A stretch of 61,858 nt of DNA, filler included, from Jimgerdemannia flammicorona (GCA_003990765.1; 2 parts of 2 records of this genome joined end to end with filler, not necessarily neighbours in it), one strand, 5' to 3'. Counted from the first letter of the whole stretch, positions 1 to 12,149 are shown. Notes: generated from the sequence alone by a model not told the origin. Numbers and translations: made by a program.

Positions 1-219
1 TACCCACTCTTGGGTGGGGCAGGCTGGGTAGGAGGATCTAGTTACTCGGGCAGTGAGGTCGCAACTCACATCCTAAAGGTGCTTAGATTGTTATTAGTTT
101 GGAAATTGTAGTGTGAGAGTAGGGTGGAGTGAGATGCAGAATGTGGCTGCTGGTATGGCGTGAGGATTTTAGATAGTTAATAAATGGGGCTCCGGCCTAT
201 AGAGGAAAAAAAAAAAAAA
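1..219 (+). mobile_element. 3' tail of an unidentified poly(A) retroelement abutting the end of LINE-A ORF1
   Basis: AATAAA at 179-184 and A14 at 206-219. Sequence from 220 matches the ORF1/ORF2 junction of LINE-E (near 43800-43850, reverse strand). Confidence 0.5.
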
Positions 220-3200
220 GAGATGAGCATGGAGTACTAGGATGGGATCTCAAAAGAAACATTTTTGCAATATGAACAGTACAACTAGGATTTTTTCTTT
301 GAATGTCAACGGGTTGAGGGGAGCGATAAGGAGGAAGTACATATTTGGATGGCTAAAAGGACTGGATGCGGATCTCTTCTTGCTGCAGGATATCTGGTAT
401 GAGGTGGATGTGGACTTTCAGAATTGGACTAAGGAATGGGGGGGGGCTGCAGTGTGGATGAAGAGGGTGGGTATCCTTGTTCGGAAAGGGATGGGGGATA
501 TTGGGGACATTGGATATTTGGGGTCTTAGTTGGTGTGGGGAGTGCGGAAGAGGCCTGGACAGAGCTTATTGATGGTTGGGTCAATATACTATCTGGCTGA
601 GAGATGGGAGAGGGTGGATTGGATTCGAGGGTTGAAGGAGGCCAGTGTCCTGGGGGAGGGGGGGTTGTACTGCTTGGCAGGTGACTTCAACATGGTATGG
701 GATAAGGCAATGGACAGGACAGATAGAGGGAGAGGCGTGGAGCAAGAATGGTGGTTTGGAGGACTGGTTAGAGACAGAGAGGTTGAGTTCTTTGGTAGAT
801 TCAGGAAGACAGTTTTGGGACAATTGGCGGGTGTATACTCACTGGGCAGTGGGGCTGGGCTCCAGGATTGACTGGGTCTTGATGGCAGAATGCTGGGGAG
901 CAGATGTCTGGACATTGCTGGAGATGGTTTGGTGTCCATGGTCGGACCACTGGGGGCTGTTAGGAGGGGGGAGATTTGGGGGATGTGAGGATGGGCCTGG
1001 ATATTGGCGACTAAACTCCTCTTTGTTGAAGGATGAGGTATTGTGGGCGGATTGGGAAAAGGAGATTATCAGGAATATTGGGAGGTGGTGGGGCCGGGAC
1101 CTAGGGACTGGCGACTGCTGGAAGAGGCTGAAGGTGAATTTTCAGGGGTACTGGAGGGAGGCAGGGAAAGGAAGGTGTGCTCAATGATGGCAGCTGGTGT
1201 TATGGGCTTCACAGCATCTAGTGGCACTCATGGGGAGATGGGGAGATGTGCTGAAAGATAGGGAGAACTGACTGGCATATTGTGAGGATCCAAAAAGAGG
1301 TGGAGGAGCTTAAAGGAGTGTTGCGAAGAGAGGAGGAGGTGAGGCTGCACAGGATTGCAGCCTGGCTACAGTGGCAGGGGCTTGAGGAGGGGGAGAGGCC
1401 TACTAGGTTTCTTTCTTGATTGTTACAAGCATGATAAATGAAGCAGTGGTGGGAGGGTGTCCTGGATGTGAATGAGGAGCTGGTGGTGGGAACTCTGGCA
1501 ATTCTGGGAGTTCTAAAAACCTGTTGGGAGAATCTATGGAGTGAGGAGGAAGGAGGGGTGGATGCCTTGGACATTGAAAGACAGCTGGAGGGTTGGCATC
1601 TGGACCCTGCAATGGGCCTAGGGACCTTGGGGGACCTGGTGAGTGGAGAGGAGATCTGCAAGATTTTGGCCTCAACAAGTAAGGGGATAGCTCCAGGGGA
1701 GGATAGACTCCCCTGGGATTTCTGGAAGAAGATGGCTGGGGTGAGCGTAGTTCTGGAGAAAATGACAGCCATGTGTGGTGAGGTTCTTCAGTCTGGAACT
1801 TGGATTGGGGGCCAGCACCTAGGGCTGGTCTCCCTGCTCTGCAAGAATAAGGGGAGGCAAGAAGATTGGAGGAACTGGCAGCCGATCATGCTTCTCAACA
1901 TGGACCGCAAACTGGTAATGAAGATTTTGGTAGTGAGGCTACAAGGAATTACTCAGCAAGTGCTGGGTGGGGAGTATCATAGATTTGTCAGTGGCCATTT
2001 GATCCATGATGGGACAGCTTGGGTACATGGTGTGATAGAAGGAGCCTGGGCTGCATGGGTGGATGGCTGGTTGGTCTTTCTGGATCAGGAGAAGGCCTAT
2101 GATAGAGTGCAGAGGGTCTGGCTAGGAGAGGTGTTGAAATGGATTGGTATTCCTCCAGGGTTCCATAGATCATTGATTGGCCTTTTGGAGGACAGTCGGG
2201 CTGCATTGGTCATCAATGGCCACAGGGGTATGGCTTTCCCCCTTGGTCGCAAGGTGCCACAAGGTGACCCCTTGTCACCCATACTTTATGCCCTCTCCCT
2301 AGAGCCCCTACTGGACAGGATTTGGTGTCGAATTGGGGGTTTGAACATTCTAGGGATTAATTGGAAGGTGGGGGCCTTTGCCAATGATATGGTGGTTAGA
2401 CTGGGCTCTTTGGTGGATGTGGAGGAGTTACAGCAGTCAGTGGAATGGTATGAGAGGGGATCTGGTGCTAAACTCAACTGGCACAAATGTGAGACTCTGG
2501 TGCTATGTAATGGAATTGTTAGTGGTGACATCATTGGGATGGTGGTGCAGGCCAGCGAACCAGTACAGTACTTGAGAATTTACTTCTCGGTGTTTGGGTC
2601 TCTCCTCCCCCATGTTTGGTGGGACTGCAAACTTCTGGAGTGGGGCAATGTTCTTCTGAGATGGGGAGGTCGGCACATGTCCTTGGCAGGAAGAGTGATG
2701 GTGCTGAATGTGTATTGGCTGCTGAAGCTGTGGTATGTGGGGTATCATCTAAATTTCCCAGCTTGGGTGGTCAAGGGACTACTGAAGATGGCGAGATCAT
2801 GGATCTGGGGAGGGCAGCAAAGTCAGATAGGTTGGGAGGTGCTTATGCTATCAGTGGAAAGAGGTGGGCTGGGTTTAGTGGACTTTACTAAATGGCTCCA
2901 TTGTTTGAGAGCTTGGTGGCTGAGGAGGGCAAGTGAGCTGGGGGGCCAGGAATGGGTGCCACTCATACAGAGAGTGTGGGAGACCCGGTATTCCCCTTGC
3001 GGAGGCTTGGGCTGCTTGCAATGGTGGCCATGGATGGGAGCAGGAGGATGTGGTATTCGGGCTTCTGGTGGGGGGTGGTGGATGGTGCTAGGAGGATAGG
3101 ACTCTGGTGGCAGGGTGATGAAGGTGAGGAGGATTGGGGACTGCAGATGTGGTAGTGGGACAGGCTACTGCTGGGTGGTGCCTTGGTGGAGGACTTCCAG

Positions 3201-4006
3201 CTTGGAGAAGGTATGGAGTGTCTGAGGGGCTTAGGTTGTGATCTGTAGCCAGAGGCCTGGCAGAGGGTTGGGATTGGCGAAGAGTGGGACTGGAATGGGC
3301 TTTGGCTCTGGAGTGAGCAGGTGAGGCAGTGGCTGCCCCCCAAGTTCTGGGTGGTATGGTGGCAAGTTCTCTGGTGGAATGTGATGTTGAACTATTGGTC
3401 TGGGCACCTGGTAGACAGTGGCACATTTGAGTGTGAGAAATGTTTCAATATTGGTCAGGAGGGAGGAGTGGTGCAAACATCTGAATATTGGCTTGGTGAG
3501 TGTGACATTTTGGATGAGTTTTGGAGATGTATCATGGACTGGTTGGGGCTGCGTGCCCTGGAGGGAGGGGAAGGAGGGAGATGGGATGAGCTCTACCGAA
3601 GGCTGGTCGGTGGGATTGGGGATGAATGGCTGACCCTTAGCTGGGCTCTGGCTATTTGAGTTGGGATGGCTGGGCATTGGGTACATGTATTTGAGGAGGG
3701 TCAGAGGGTTGGGGTTGGGGATAGGGTGGTATTGTAGGAGTGGTTATTACTGGACATTCTGAACAGCTGGTGGTGAGGGTGGGGGCCGAGTGGGGGGTTT
3801 CACAGAGGATTGATACAGTGTGTCTCTCGGAAGAGTGATGGGAGGGTTCAGGTGGTGGGGGACTGGGTTGTGCTCTGGCAGAGGGTAGTTGAGGGGGAGG
3901 GTATGGGTCCATGGAGTATTGGTTGAGGGGATGGGGTGACAATGTATCTTACTATTATAGATGGTGGTAATAAAGGGCAGTCCAAGTGACTTAAAAAAAA
4001 AAAAAA
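220..4006 (+). mobile_element. L1/Tx1-like LINE (LINE-A), 5' part not present in window
   Basis: APE, RT and C-terminal zinc-finger remnants; ends AGTC-CAAGT-GACT then A14 (3993-4006). Confidence 0.92.
272..3840 (+). pseudogene. LINE-A ORF2 (APE endonuclease - reverse transcriptase - C-terminal CxxC..C finger), broken by stops and frameshifts
   Basis: IFSLNVNGL, LLQD, GDFN, RIDW, SDH (APE). In ORF 1438-3099: NWQPIMLLNMDRK, LDQEKAYD, VPQGDPLSP, AFANDM (RT). FECEKC...EYWLGEC near 3425-3505. End approximate. Confidence 0.9.
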
Positions 4007-4212
4007 GTGGTTGTCATAATGGTAAGAAATCTCTACAGTAATAAGCTTCACCACTATATTAATATGGTTTGCAAGGATTATATCAAATACTGGTTGGCAG
4101 AATAGAGGGGGCAAAAAAAGCAGGGAGGGGGGGTTTGGATAGTAATCAGATATACCACAATACCAGCAAAGAGTGGGTTCCCAGAGATCTGAAATCCCCC
4201 ACACTTATCTCC

Positions 4213-4343
4213 TTTTTTTTTTTTTTTCCGAGATATTCTCTTACTGACATACTTATTTTTATTATACCTTCAGGAATTCACTAGATTCTATATCCTTATC
4301 AGAACTTTAGAAGTGCTGTTAAAGAGTAAACTACATGCAAGCA
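4213..4343 (-). mobile_element. possible 3' end of another poly(A) retroelement
   Basis: T15 at 4213-4227, with AATAAA about 30 nt upstream on the minus strand. No coding evidence. Confidence 0.3.
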
Positions 4344-4394
4344 TAGTACTCTGCAAACTGAACCCAATTAATCTGAAACCTGACCTGTAAAACA

Positions 4395-4735
4395 GCCAAC
4401 CCAGAATTAGACATCACCTGTCTTTAACCCAACCCAGAATTATATGTCACCTGTCTTTAACCTGACCCGGAATTATACATCACCCATCTTTAACCTGACC
4501 TGTAAAACAGCCAACCTGGAATTAAATATCACCCATCTTTAACCCAACCCAGAATTATACATTACCTGTCTTTAACCTGACCAGGAATTATATGTCACCC
4601 ATCTTTAATCCAACTCAGAATTGTACATCACCCATCTTTAACTTGACCCAAAAAGATATATTACCCATCTTTAACCTGACCCGGAATTAAACATAACCCA
4701 TCTTTAACCTGACCTGGAAATATATGTCACCCAAC
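4395..4735. repeat. 33-bp subterminal tandem array (about 10 units) of hAT-1a
   Basis: Unit approx. CCAGAATTATATGTCACCCATCTTTAACCCAAC, followed by short CCTGAA/ACCC repeats at 4745-4840. Confidence 0.9.
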
Positions 4736-4929
4736 CCATTATTTACCCTTAACCCAAACCTGAACCTGACCCCCTGAACCCAACCCTGAACCTGACTCCT
4801 GAACCTGATCCTGAACCCAACCCTCTGAACTCTGCCCTGAAAAAATGATTCAGAAAATATTTGGATTATATTCAGAGCAATTGGAAGTGAAAAATATCTG
4901 AAGACCACCAAGAATCCAAATACATATAT

Positions 4930-7210
4930 GCACAAATTGAATTTACACACAAGCTGTTTCAACATTCAGTCACTAGCTCACCAGCAATAGAAAAAATACA
5001 TTCAGATAGAACAGATGTCACCAAAATAGCAAGATAATCGTGAGCCATTTGTGAAAGATTAGGATATACCACCTGATTTCAATACAAGGATCAGCTGGAT
5101 TCTCTGACAAATAACTGAAACAGAGAAATATGAGTGAAAATTAACCAAGTCAACCAAAAAACATAAAACAACACCCACTATTCAAGCTCATCATCTACAT
5201 CAACATGCTGTTTCTTCTCATATATTGAGTTGATAAAATCATCGGCATCATGAGATATTGAGGGTATAATGACAGCATTAACAGGCTTATACTCCTTTTC
5301 GCAGATATGTTCCATCTGATTCTTCCATGCATCAATTAAGGATTTTTCCATTTCTTACAACAGAAATAACACATATTGATATATAGATCTAAGGCTGAAG
5401 CTATGCTGTATAATGGTGTCATCTTGCTGTAATACTTTAGAAGTTTCATATGTGTATTCTCAGCATCAGTAAGCATTATCTATAAAAAATAAAAATATAC
5501 ATATATTACTTCCCAATTACTTACTAAATTAGTTCCTAAATTCACAAATAAAATTACTTTCAAAATCATATATATACCTGATTAAAATGTTCACCAGTTT
5601 GATATATAACAATGATGTCTTTGAGGTGATCACATAGCTGATTAAATAGTGAGATAACAGCTGCTATTGTAGGATACTTCGAAGCTGACATCATGGTTGT
5701 CACTTTGGCAAAAGGCTCGGAAAATTGGCAAATCAATTCAAATTGTTGCTATGCATCTTCAGATATATCACTCATTTGCTTATTCATAGCATACAATATA
5801 TCCAAGTCCTATTTGGATTTAATATCAATTTATTTAGTACCAAAATACTTCCAAATTGTATTCCAAAATCTATATAAATAGATTCAAAATCTTACCTTAT
5901 GAATCTCCAGAGCACATGCTAACATTTCATATATAGAACTCTATCTCATCATAACAACTAAGAGAGGCTTCAAAATGGGAATTCTGGAGAATTCACAGAC
6001 CTTCACCAGTTGTGCTTATCATTGCACTGAATTTTTGATCTTCTTTATCAACTCACATAGCTTTCCAATGGGCTCACTAAGAGGACTAAGAGCATCATGA
6101 ATAATGAGATTCAATATATGCCTGAAACAGCATACATGAGCAAGCAGATGATTGAGATTCTCAAACAGAGTATCATTGTTACTGGTATTGTCATACACTA
6201 TAGCAATGATTTGATTGTCACTAGGCAATAAATCATCTATTACTAGCTCTAGACGTTTTGTAAGATTGGTACCCATGTGTGTAATTTCGCTGATATTCAA
6301 AAAGTCTAAGATAATGTAATGCATCTTCCAATCACTATCAATCCAATGGGCTGTTATTCTAAGGAAGGCCTTGATGTTAACATCCGATGTCCAACAATCA
6401 AGTATAAGTGACACCTTCAACTTGAGCCCTGCTAGCCTTGCTTTTACTTAAGTCTGCAATAGTTCGAATTCCTTTTGAATAACTTGTGAAATTGTATCAG
6501 CCAATGAAAGAGCCAGATCAGGACATAATATGTAAAGGAGATACTTGAAGCCAATATTTTCGATAGTGGAGAATGGCTAATATCCAGTGACAATGAAGTT
6601 GGCAATTAACCGATGGAAATTTTCATCACTTAAAGTCTTACTAGTGTGTTTCTATTTGTAATAATAAAATTTGATGAATGATTTTTCTAATAACCTCCTA
6701 AGTAATTCCTGAATTCCATTTTATCCATACGTACTCACAATATCATCTTTCTTAGACCAGTGAGGATTCTCAGCATGCTGGTGAGGTAAGAGCATGGCAT
6801 TGTGATGCTTCCAGAGATGTCATTTAAGATTGTTGATATTGCCATCCTTTGATATATAGCTCCAAGTTATGCAATGGTTGCAACTGATGAGCTTACTTTG
6901 TAAATTCTATTTGAATAGAGAGATATGAGACTATATTAGAACCTCAACCACTTACAACCAATCACCCACCCTTATAACTGATGAGACCAATCACCCCTAT
7001 GAATACAACCATTAGCACAATATATAAAACTACCTTTATGGCATGATTCCACATGTAGCTATCACCAGGTTTTGTTTTTATTTTTATTCTCATGCTTATT
7101 GGTGATAATGAACTGGTTGAGATATCTGATATATTCTCTGATATATCCTCTGATATATCATCTGGCAGTTCTAAGATTTCTCCTAAATGTACTTCTTGAT
7201 CTTTAGACAT
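4930..7210 (-). pseudogene. hAT transposase with introns (BED finger, DDE core, C-terminal dimerization domain)
   Basis: SCNHC...HLWKHH (BED-like) near 6800-6885. SLILDCWTS, ITAHWID, VYDNTSNND, CFRHILNL in ORF 6019-6420. YPNLSQMAHDYLAI..TSVLSECIFS near 4985-5070. Confidence 0.88.
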
Positions 7211-7553
7211 TTCAAATGTTTGATGATGGCAGGGACTAGAAGCTTGAGTGGGAGGCTGAGAGCTGGAAAGTGGCTAGGAAGTGGTAAGCTAGGGAGTGGT
7301 GAACTGGGAAACAAGCTGGGGGGGCAGTGAACTAGAGGGCAGGGAGTTGTGGAGAGGTGGCAAGTGGTGGGAAAAGCCAGGAACTGTGGGGCCTGGAACA
7401 GGAGTCAGTGAGCTGAGGGGCAGCGAGAGAGAGAGCAGTGAGGTGACATGTGATAGCCAATGATCAATTGTGGATAGAGGATGGATGAATAAATATGCAC
7501 AGGTGGTGAACTGGTACCCATCATACAACTGCAAACAGCAAACATACTTTGGA

Positions 7554-8028
7554 GATTCAGCATGTTCTGCGTAAGCCCCAATTGAGCAAGGTTTGCAACA
7601 ACATTTGAGCGAGGTTTGTAATGCATTTGAGTGAGATTTGCAGTGAGGTTTGAGAAAGATTTGCAAGCAAGATTAAAGTGATATTTGGAAGTAAGATTAA
7701 AGCGAGATTTACAAGCAAGATTTATACATAAGATTAAAGTGAGATTTGCATAAGCCAGGCTTTGCAAGCCTTGCACTTGTAAGCCTAGACAAGCTCAGTC
7801 ACAAGCTGATATAATGTGTATATATGCTGATATCACATGATATCAGCTATTGGCTGAGCTTGCAAGCACAAGGCTTGCAAAGCCTGGCTTATGCAAATCT
7901 CACTTGCAAATCTTGCTTGAACCTTGCTGCAAATCTCACTGCAAATCTCGCTCAAATGCACCACAAACCTTACTCAAATATCATTATAAACCTCGCTCAA
8001 TCAGGGCTTACAGAGAATCTGCTGAATC
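7554..8028. repeat. internal fold-back 1 of hAT-1a (~475 bp)
   Basis: GATTCAGCA...GAGATTTGCATAAGCCAGGCTTTGCAAGCCTTG mirrored by CAAGGCTTGCAAAGCCTGGCTTATGCAAATCTC...TGCTGAATC. Central palindrome at 7826-7847. Confidence 0.9.
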
Positions 8029-8034
8029 ACACAG

Positions 8035-8239
8035 AGAGGAGTGGAATGTAGTAAGGAAAGCTCCAGATTTCAAGCATAAGCATAAGCATAAGCTTTGCTC
8101 CACTCAGTCTGACAAGCTGATAATAAGCTGATATCATATGATTTCAGCTATCAGCTGAATGGAGCAAAGCTTGTGCTTACACTTATACTTATGCTTACAC
8201 TTGCAATCTGGAGATTTCCTCACTGCATTTCACTCCTCT
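8035..8239. repeat. internal fold-back 2 of hAT-1a (~205 bp)
   Basis: AGAGGAGTGGAATGTAGTAAGGAAAGCTCCAGATT mirrored by AATCTGGAGATTTCCTCACTGCATTTCACTCCTCT. Central palindrome at 8126-8149. Confidence 0.9.
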
Positions 8240-8520
8240 TATGTTCTACTCCTCTTGTATTCTACTCCTCTTACACAACTCTCATATATTCCTCTACCTC
8301 CCTCACTCTCATTTCTCAGATTGCAAACAATATACAATATAGAAATCGGTTTCGAAAGAGATTTCAAAGAGATTCCAAAAGAGCTTCTGAAAGAGATTTT
8401 GGAGAGATTCCAAAAGAGCTTCTGAAAGATGTTATAGCTTTTGAACATCTAAGATATCGAAAGCTTACTTTTGCCTCTCATTCTTTTTGCCTCATCCTTC
8501 ACTTCACTTAATTCACTGCT

Positions 8521-9808
8521 ATATTGAGAAAACATGGATATGACTGCCTGGCCAATAAGTATTTACTTGGCCCCCCCCAAGCTTGATGTGCTTCAGCTCG
8601 CCATCCCAAAGCTTGGCACCCTAAAGATGTCCAGCTTGCCGACACCCAGCCTGCCAAGCTTGCCAATACCCAGCCTGCTGAGCTTGGTGACACCCAGGTT
8701 GCCAAGCTCACTGACTCCCAGCTTGCTGACCCTCAGCTCCCTGATCTCCAGCTTGACCACCAGCTCACTGCCGGTCTACAAGCACAAGGTCCCCCACCAG
8801 ATCTCAATAATGCAGCTTGAAAAAGTAAATTTTTTTTTTTTTTTTCTTTTTAAATTAATGTCCAAATTTTTTTCCTAATAACATTTGAAATATACATATC
8901 CTCCAGCTTCTAAGCCTGGGCCAGAGCACAAATCTTGCTACAATTGCTATTTTTGCCATCAAGTTTGCCCAAGCTCCACCTGGAAGCATTGTCAAACCAA
9001 TTTTCCAGATGTCCCAAACCTCACAGAGAAAAGGCCTTACAAATCAGACATTAGGCATGCTTTCATTGTAGCCAACAAATACATTAAGAAATTACATAAC
9101 GACCAACTGAGACAAGAAGTCACAAGAGTGATAGAAAACTGTGCAAAAATTATAGAACATTCATCAGACCACACCAGCTTTAAGATGAATGCCAAATCGT
9201 GGAACAAGTGAGATTGCCCAGATGGAATTATCATCATAGATGAATATGAAAAACTGCTGGCCATATTTGAACGAGTACTGGTGAAGAATTACAAAATGCT
9301 TTATATGTGGCTGATAGATGGCAGGCTTGTGCATTTTGTTGAGAGGGGTGGTGGTGGAGGAGATGGAGAGGTGGGAGAGGTCAGTGCTGGTGAAGGAGTT
9401 GGCACCAGTGGAGAGGTTGGTGGAGAGGTCGGCACAGGGGAGGTTGGTACAGGGGAGGTTGGCATAGAGGAATATGGGGAGGTTGGTATTGGAGAGGTCA
9501 GCATGGAGGAACATAGGGAGGTTAGCATAGAGGAACATGGGGAGGTCAGCATGGGGGAGATCAGTGTAGAGAAACATAGGGAGGTCAGCATGGGGGAGGT
9601 CAGCACAGAGGAACATGGGGAGGTTGGTGTGGAGGAATTTAGGGAGGTCAGCACAGAGGATGAAATGGAGGTTGGCATAGAGGAGATCAGTGCAGAGGAG
9701 GATATGGAGGAGGAGGATATAGAGGAAAGCAGTTCAGAATATATAGAGGAAGATGGTTTGGAATATAAGAAAGAGGAGGATCAGTTGGTTTATAGCAATG
9801 GAGAGTAA
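8521..9808 (+). pseudogene. second (cargo) gene of hAT-1a: about 400 aa, one intron (8825-8906), CX2CX6C motif, acidic repeat tail
   Basis: A GT..CTAAT..CAG intron joins the LADTQPAK-repeat frame in phase to the SCYNCYFCHQVC and GEVGMEEH-repeat frame. The start is ATA here and ATG in copy b (35131). In-frame TGA stops are present. Confidence 0.6.
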
Positions 9809-10084
9809 GATCTGTTCACAGCAGTAAGTTCTTTATTTTCCTGATTTACTTCCTATTTATTTCTGATTTCATTTTGATTTCTGATTCCTAATTATGTTTC
9901 TGTTTGTTTATTTTAAATATATATCTTAGATGTGCAATATATGTTTTTTGGTGCCTTATAGCTTAAAGGTGGATTAAAGACAGGTCTGTGTTGGGTTAAA
10001 TATGGGTCAGGGTCAGGTCATGTATATTTCTCAGGTTGGGTCACATATATTTCTTGGGTCAGGTCATGTATATTTCTTGGGTTG

Positions 10085-10322
10085 GGTTAAAGACGGGTTA
10101 TGTATATTTCCAGGTCAGATTAAAGATAGGTGACATATGTTTCCAGGTTGGGTTAAAGATGGGTGATGTATAATTCTGGATCAGGTTAAAGATGGGTGAT
10201 ATATTATTCTGGGTTGGGTTGAAGATGAATGATATATAATTCCAGATCAGGTTAAAGATGGGTGACATATAATTCTGGGTTGGGTTAAAGACAAGTGATG
10301 TATAATTCCAGGTTGGGTTAAA
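10085..10322. repeat. 33-bp subterminal array at the other end of hAT-1a (inverted relative to 4395-4735)
   Basis: Repeated GGGTTAAAGATGGGTGATGTATAATTCTGG units. Confidence 0.88.
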
Positions 10323-11154
10323 TATGTACACAGGTCAGCTTGGGTTGCAATGCACCAACCTCACCTATGGTTTCAAGGTCCCATATGTGACCAATATAGC
10401 CATTCTATTGTAACCACATGACCACCACTGCCCCATCACCTTTGAGGAGAGCTCAGACACAACAGTCATCACACTCATAATAGATAACAGACTCATAAAG
10501 ACCTGGGACCAGTGGGTGGAGTAGTTATTGTGAGAGTTAGGTAATCTTTTATGAGGGTTAGGCAGTCTTTTTTGAGGGGTTAGGCTGGCAGCCAGGCACC
10601 TCTTTCCATAGCACTAATGTAGTCATTATGCTGGGCCCTACTTGCTCTGTAGTGCTGCTAGTATAGTTCTGTAGTATAGGGCCAGGGTGCCCATGAGATC
10701 TGAACTGGCAACAGAGCCTGAATCTGTGGTAGACTTTGACCACTGGAAGTACCTTCTGACTACTAAAAATACTCTCCAACTGCCAGGAGTACCCTCTGAC
10801 CACCAGAAGTACCCTTGGACCTGGACCCAGACTTCTTTGCAGCTTGGAATTATCTCTTTGCTGCTGGCAAAGGGCCACAAATTATGTGTCAACTCCACTA
10901 ACTCCACCCACTGACCCTGGCACTGTTAGTATGGGGCTGCTCCTTGCTGCTGGTAGAGGGCCATAAATTTTGCATACTCCCTCTGCTGCTGCCAACCCTG
11001 CCACCAACCCTACTGACCACTGCCTCACTCAGGCTGCAAACTCCAGACTGATCCCTCATCTTTTTTTCGTTTTTATTTTATATAATTAAATATTCCACAA
11101 GACCAATTAACTTATCTATAAACTCCAGGACATGCTGAATTTTAGCAGCCCATA

Positions 11155-11971
11155 CTCCACCAAGATTTCAGATATATATGTATATACTGTGATTGTCTCA
11201 GCATTTACCTCTTAGGGGCAATGAGATCCACCCCACCTGAGAACATCTGCTCAATAGAAGTGCTAGTGGTAAGAATTGCTAGATAGTCACAAGCCATACC
11301 ACACAGGCTGGGGAAGTTCATTTGATGCAGCTGCAGTTGCATGCACCAGTGAGTAGAGTGGTGGTTAGAATGGTGGTCAGGTTGGTGGATTATATTGGCC
11401 TAATGCAATCAACTATCTGACAACTCACCTTCTACCAGTTGAGCACCTCTGTGCCCTCAAGCAGGATCACATGATCACTGGTAAGGTAAATGGTAAGTTC
11501 ATCTATTGATGGCAGCTCTTCTACTGATGGCTCTATCTTCCTCTTTCTGCTAAAGTAAATGTGAGACAGGAGGGATCTCTCAGCATATTCATCCAGACTT
11601 TGACTGGGACCTTGTGGTGGTGTATAGGTTTTCCAGTATATTTCAATTATAGCCTGCTTGATTCCCTCAATGTAGTACTGCTCCCAGCTCTGATCTTTAT
11701 GGTATTGTAGCTTTAAGCATGGGTCCAGCACTGTTCAGAGAAAGAGAGTGAGTTTTGTAGAGGTTTCTTTGTTTTGGAAAGGGCAATGGCTACATGCCAA
11801 CATACCTGTACTGATTGGATATATGGTGGTATCTGTTTTGGAGTAGTATTTTCTGAGATTGCTTAGAGCACCTCTATGGCATCTCTCTGTCTGGGCTTAA
11901 CTGTAAATTACTGCAACCCTCTAGCCTATCCTTGAGCTTGTCCTCTAGCTGGTCAATCAAAAGGTTATACA
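11155..11971 (-). pseudogene. hAT-2 transposase, C-terminal part
   Basis: LDPCLKLQY...IDELTIYL...VLNW (ORF 11432-11731), then FPSLCGMACDYLAILTTSTSIEQMFSGG (dimerization domain) near 11230-11320. Confidence 0.85.
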
Positions 11972-12149
11972 TTTTTTTTTTTTTTTTTTTTTTTTATAGT
12001 CACTTGGACTACCTTCCTTTATTACACCATCTATCCCATATAAATACAGTGATCCCTCCCCCTATCTGATCCCCCTAGGGGGCCCCCCCTCCCCTATCCC
12101 TTCCTGATGAAAGACCATTTTGTCTAACACCATTTCCACCCTCCCTCCA

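Larger units (their letters stand above)
4344..10357 (-). mobile_element. hAT DNA transposon family 1, copy a (~6.0 kb)
   Basis: Termini TAGTACTCTGCAAAC... and ...GGGTTGCAATGCACCA match the termini of copy b (33225-39268) in inverse orientation. Contains a hAT transposase and subterminal arrays. Flanking 8-mers (TGCAAGCA / ACCTCACC) do not match. Confidence 0.9.

Noticed and set aside
4395..4735. 33-bp array as a CRISPR array
   Set aside because: Contiguous tandem units with no unique spacers, no cas genes, eukaryotic transposon context.
8339..8430. GAAAGAGATTTC-type short repeats upstream of the second hAT gene
   Set aside because: Present in both copies but short and degenerate; no function can be supported from sequence alone.
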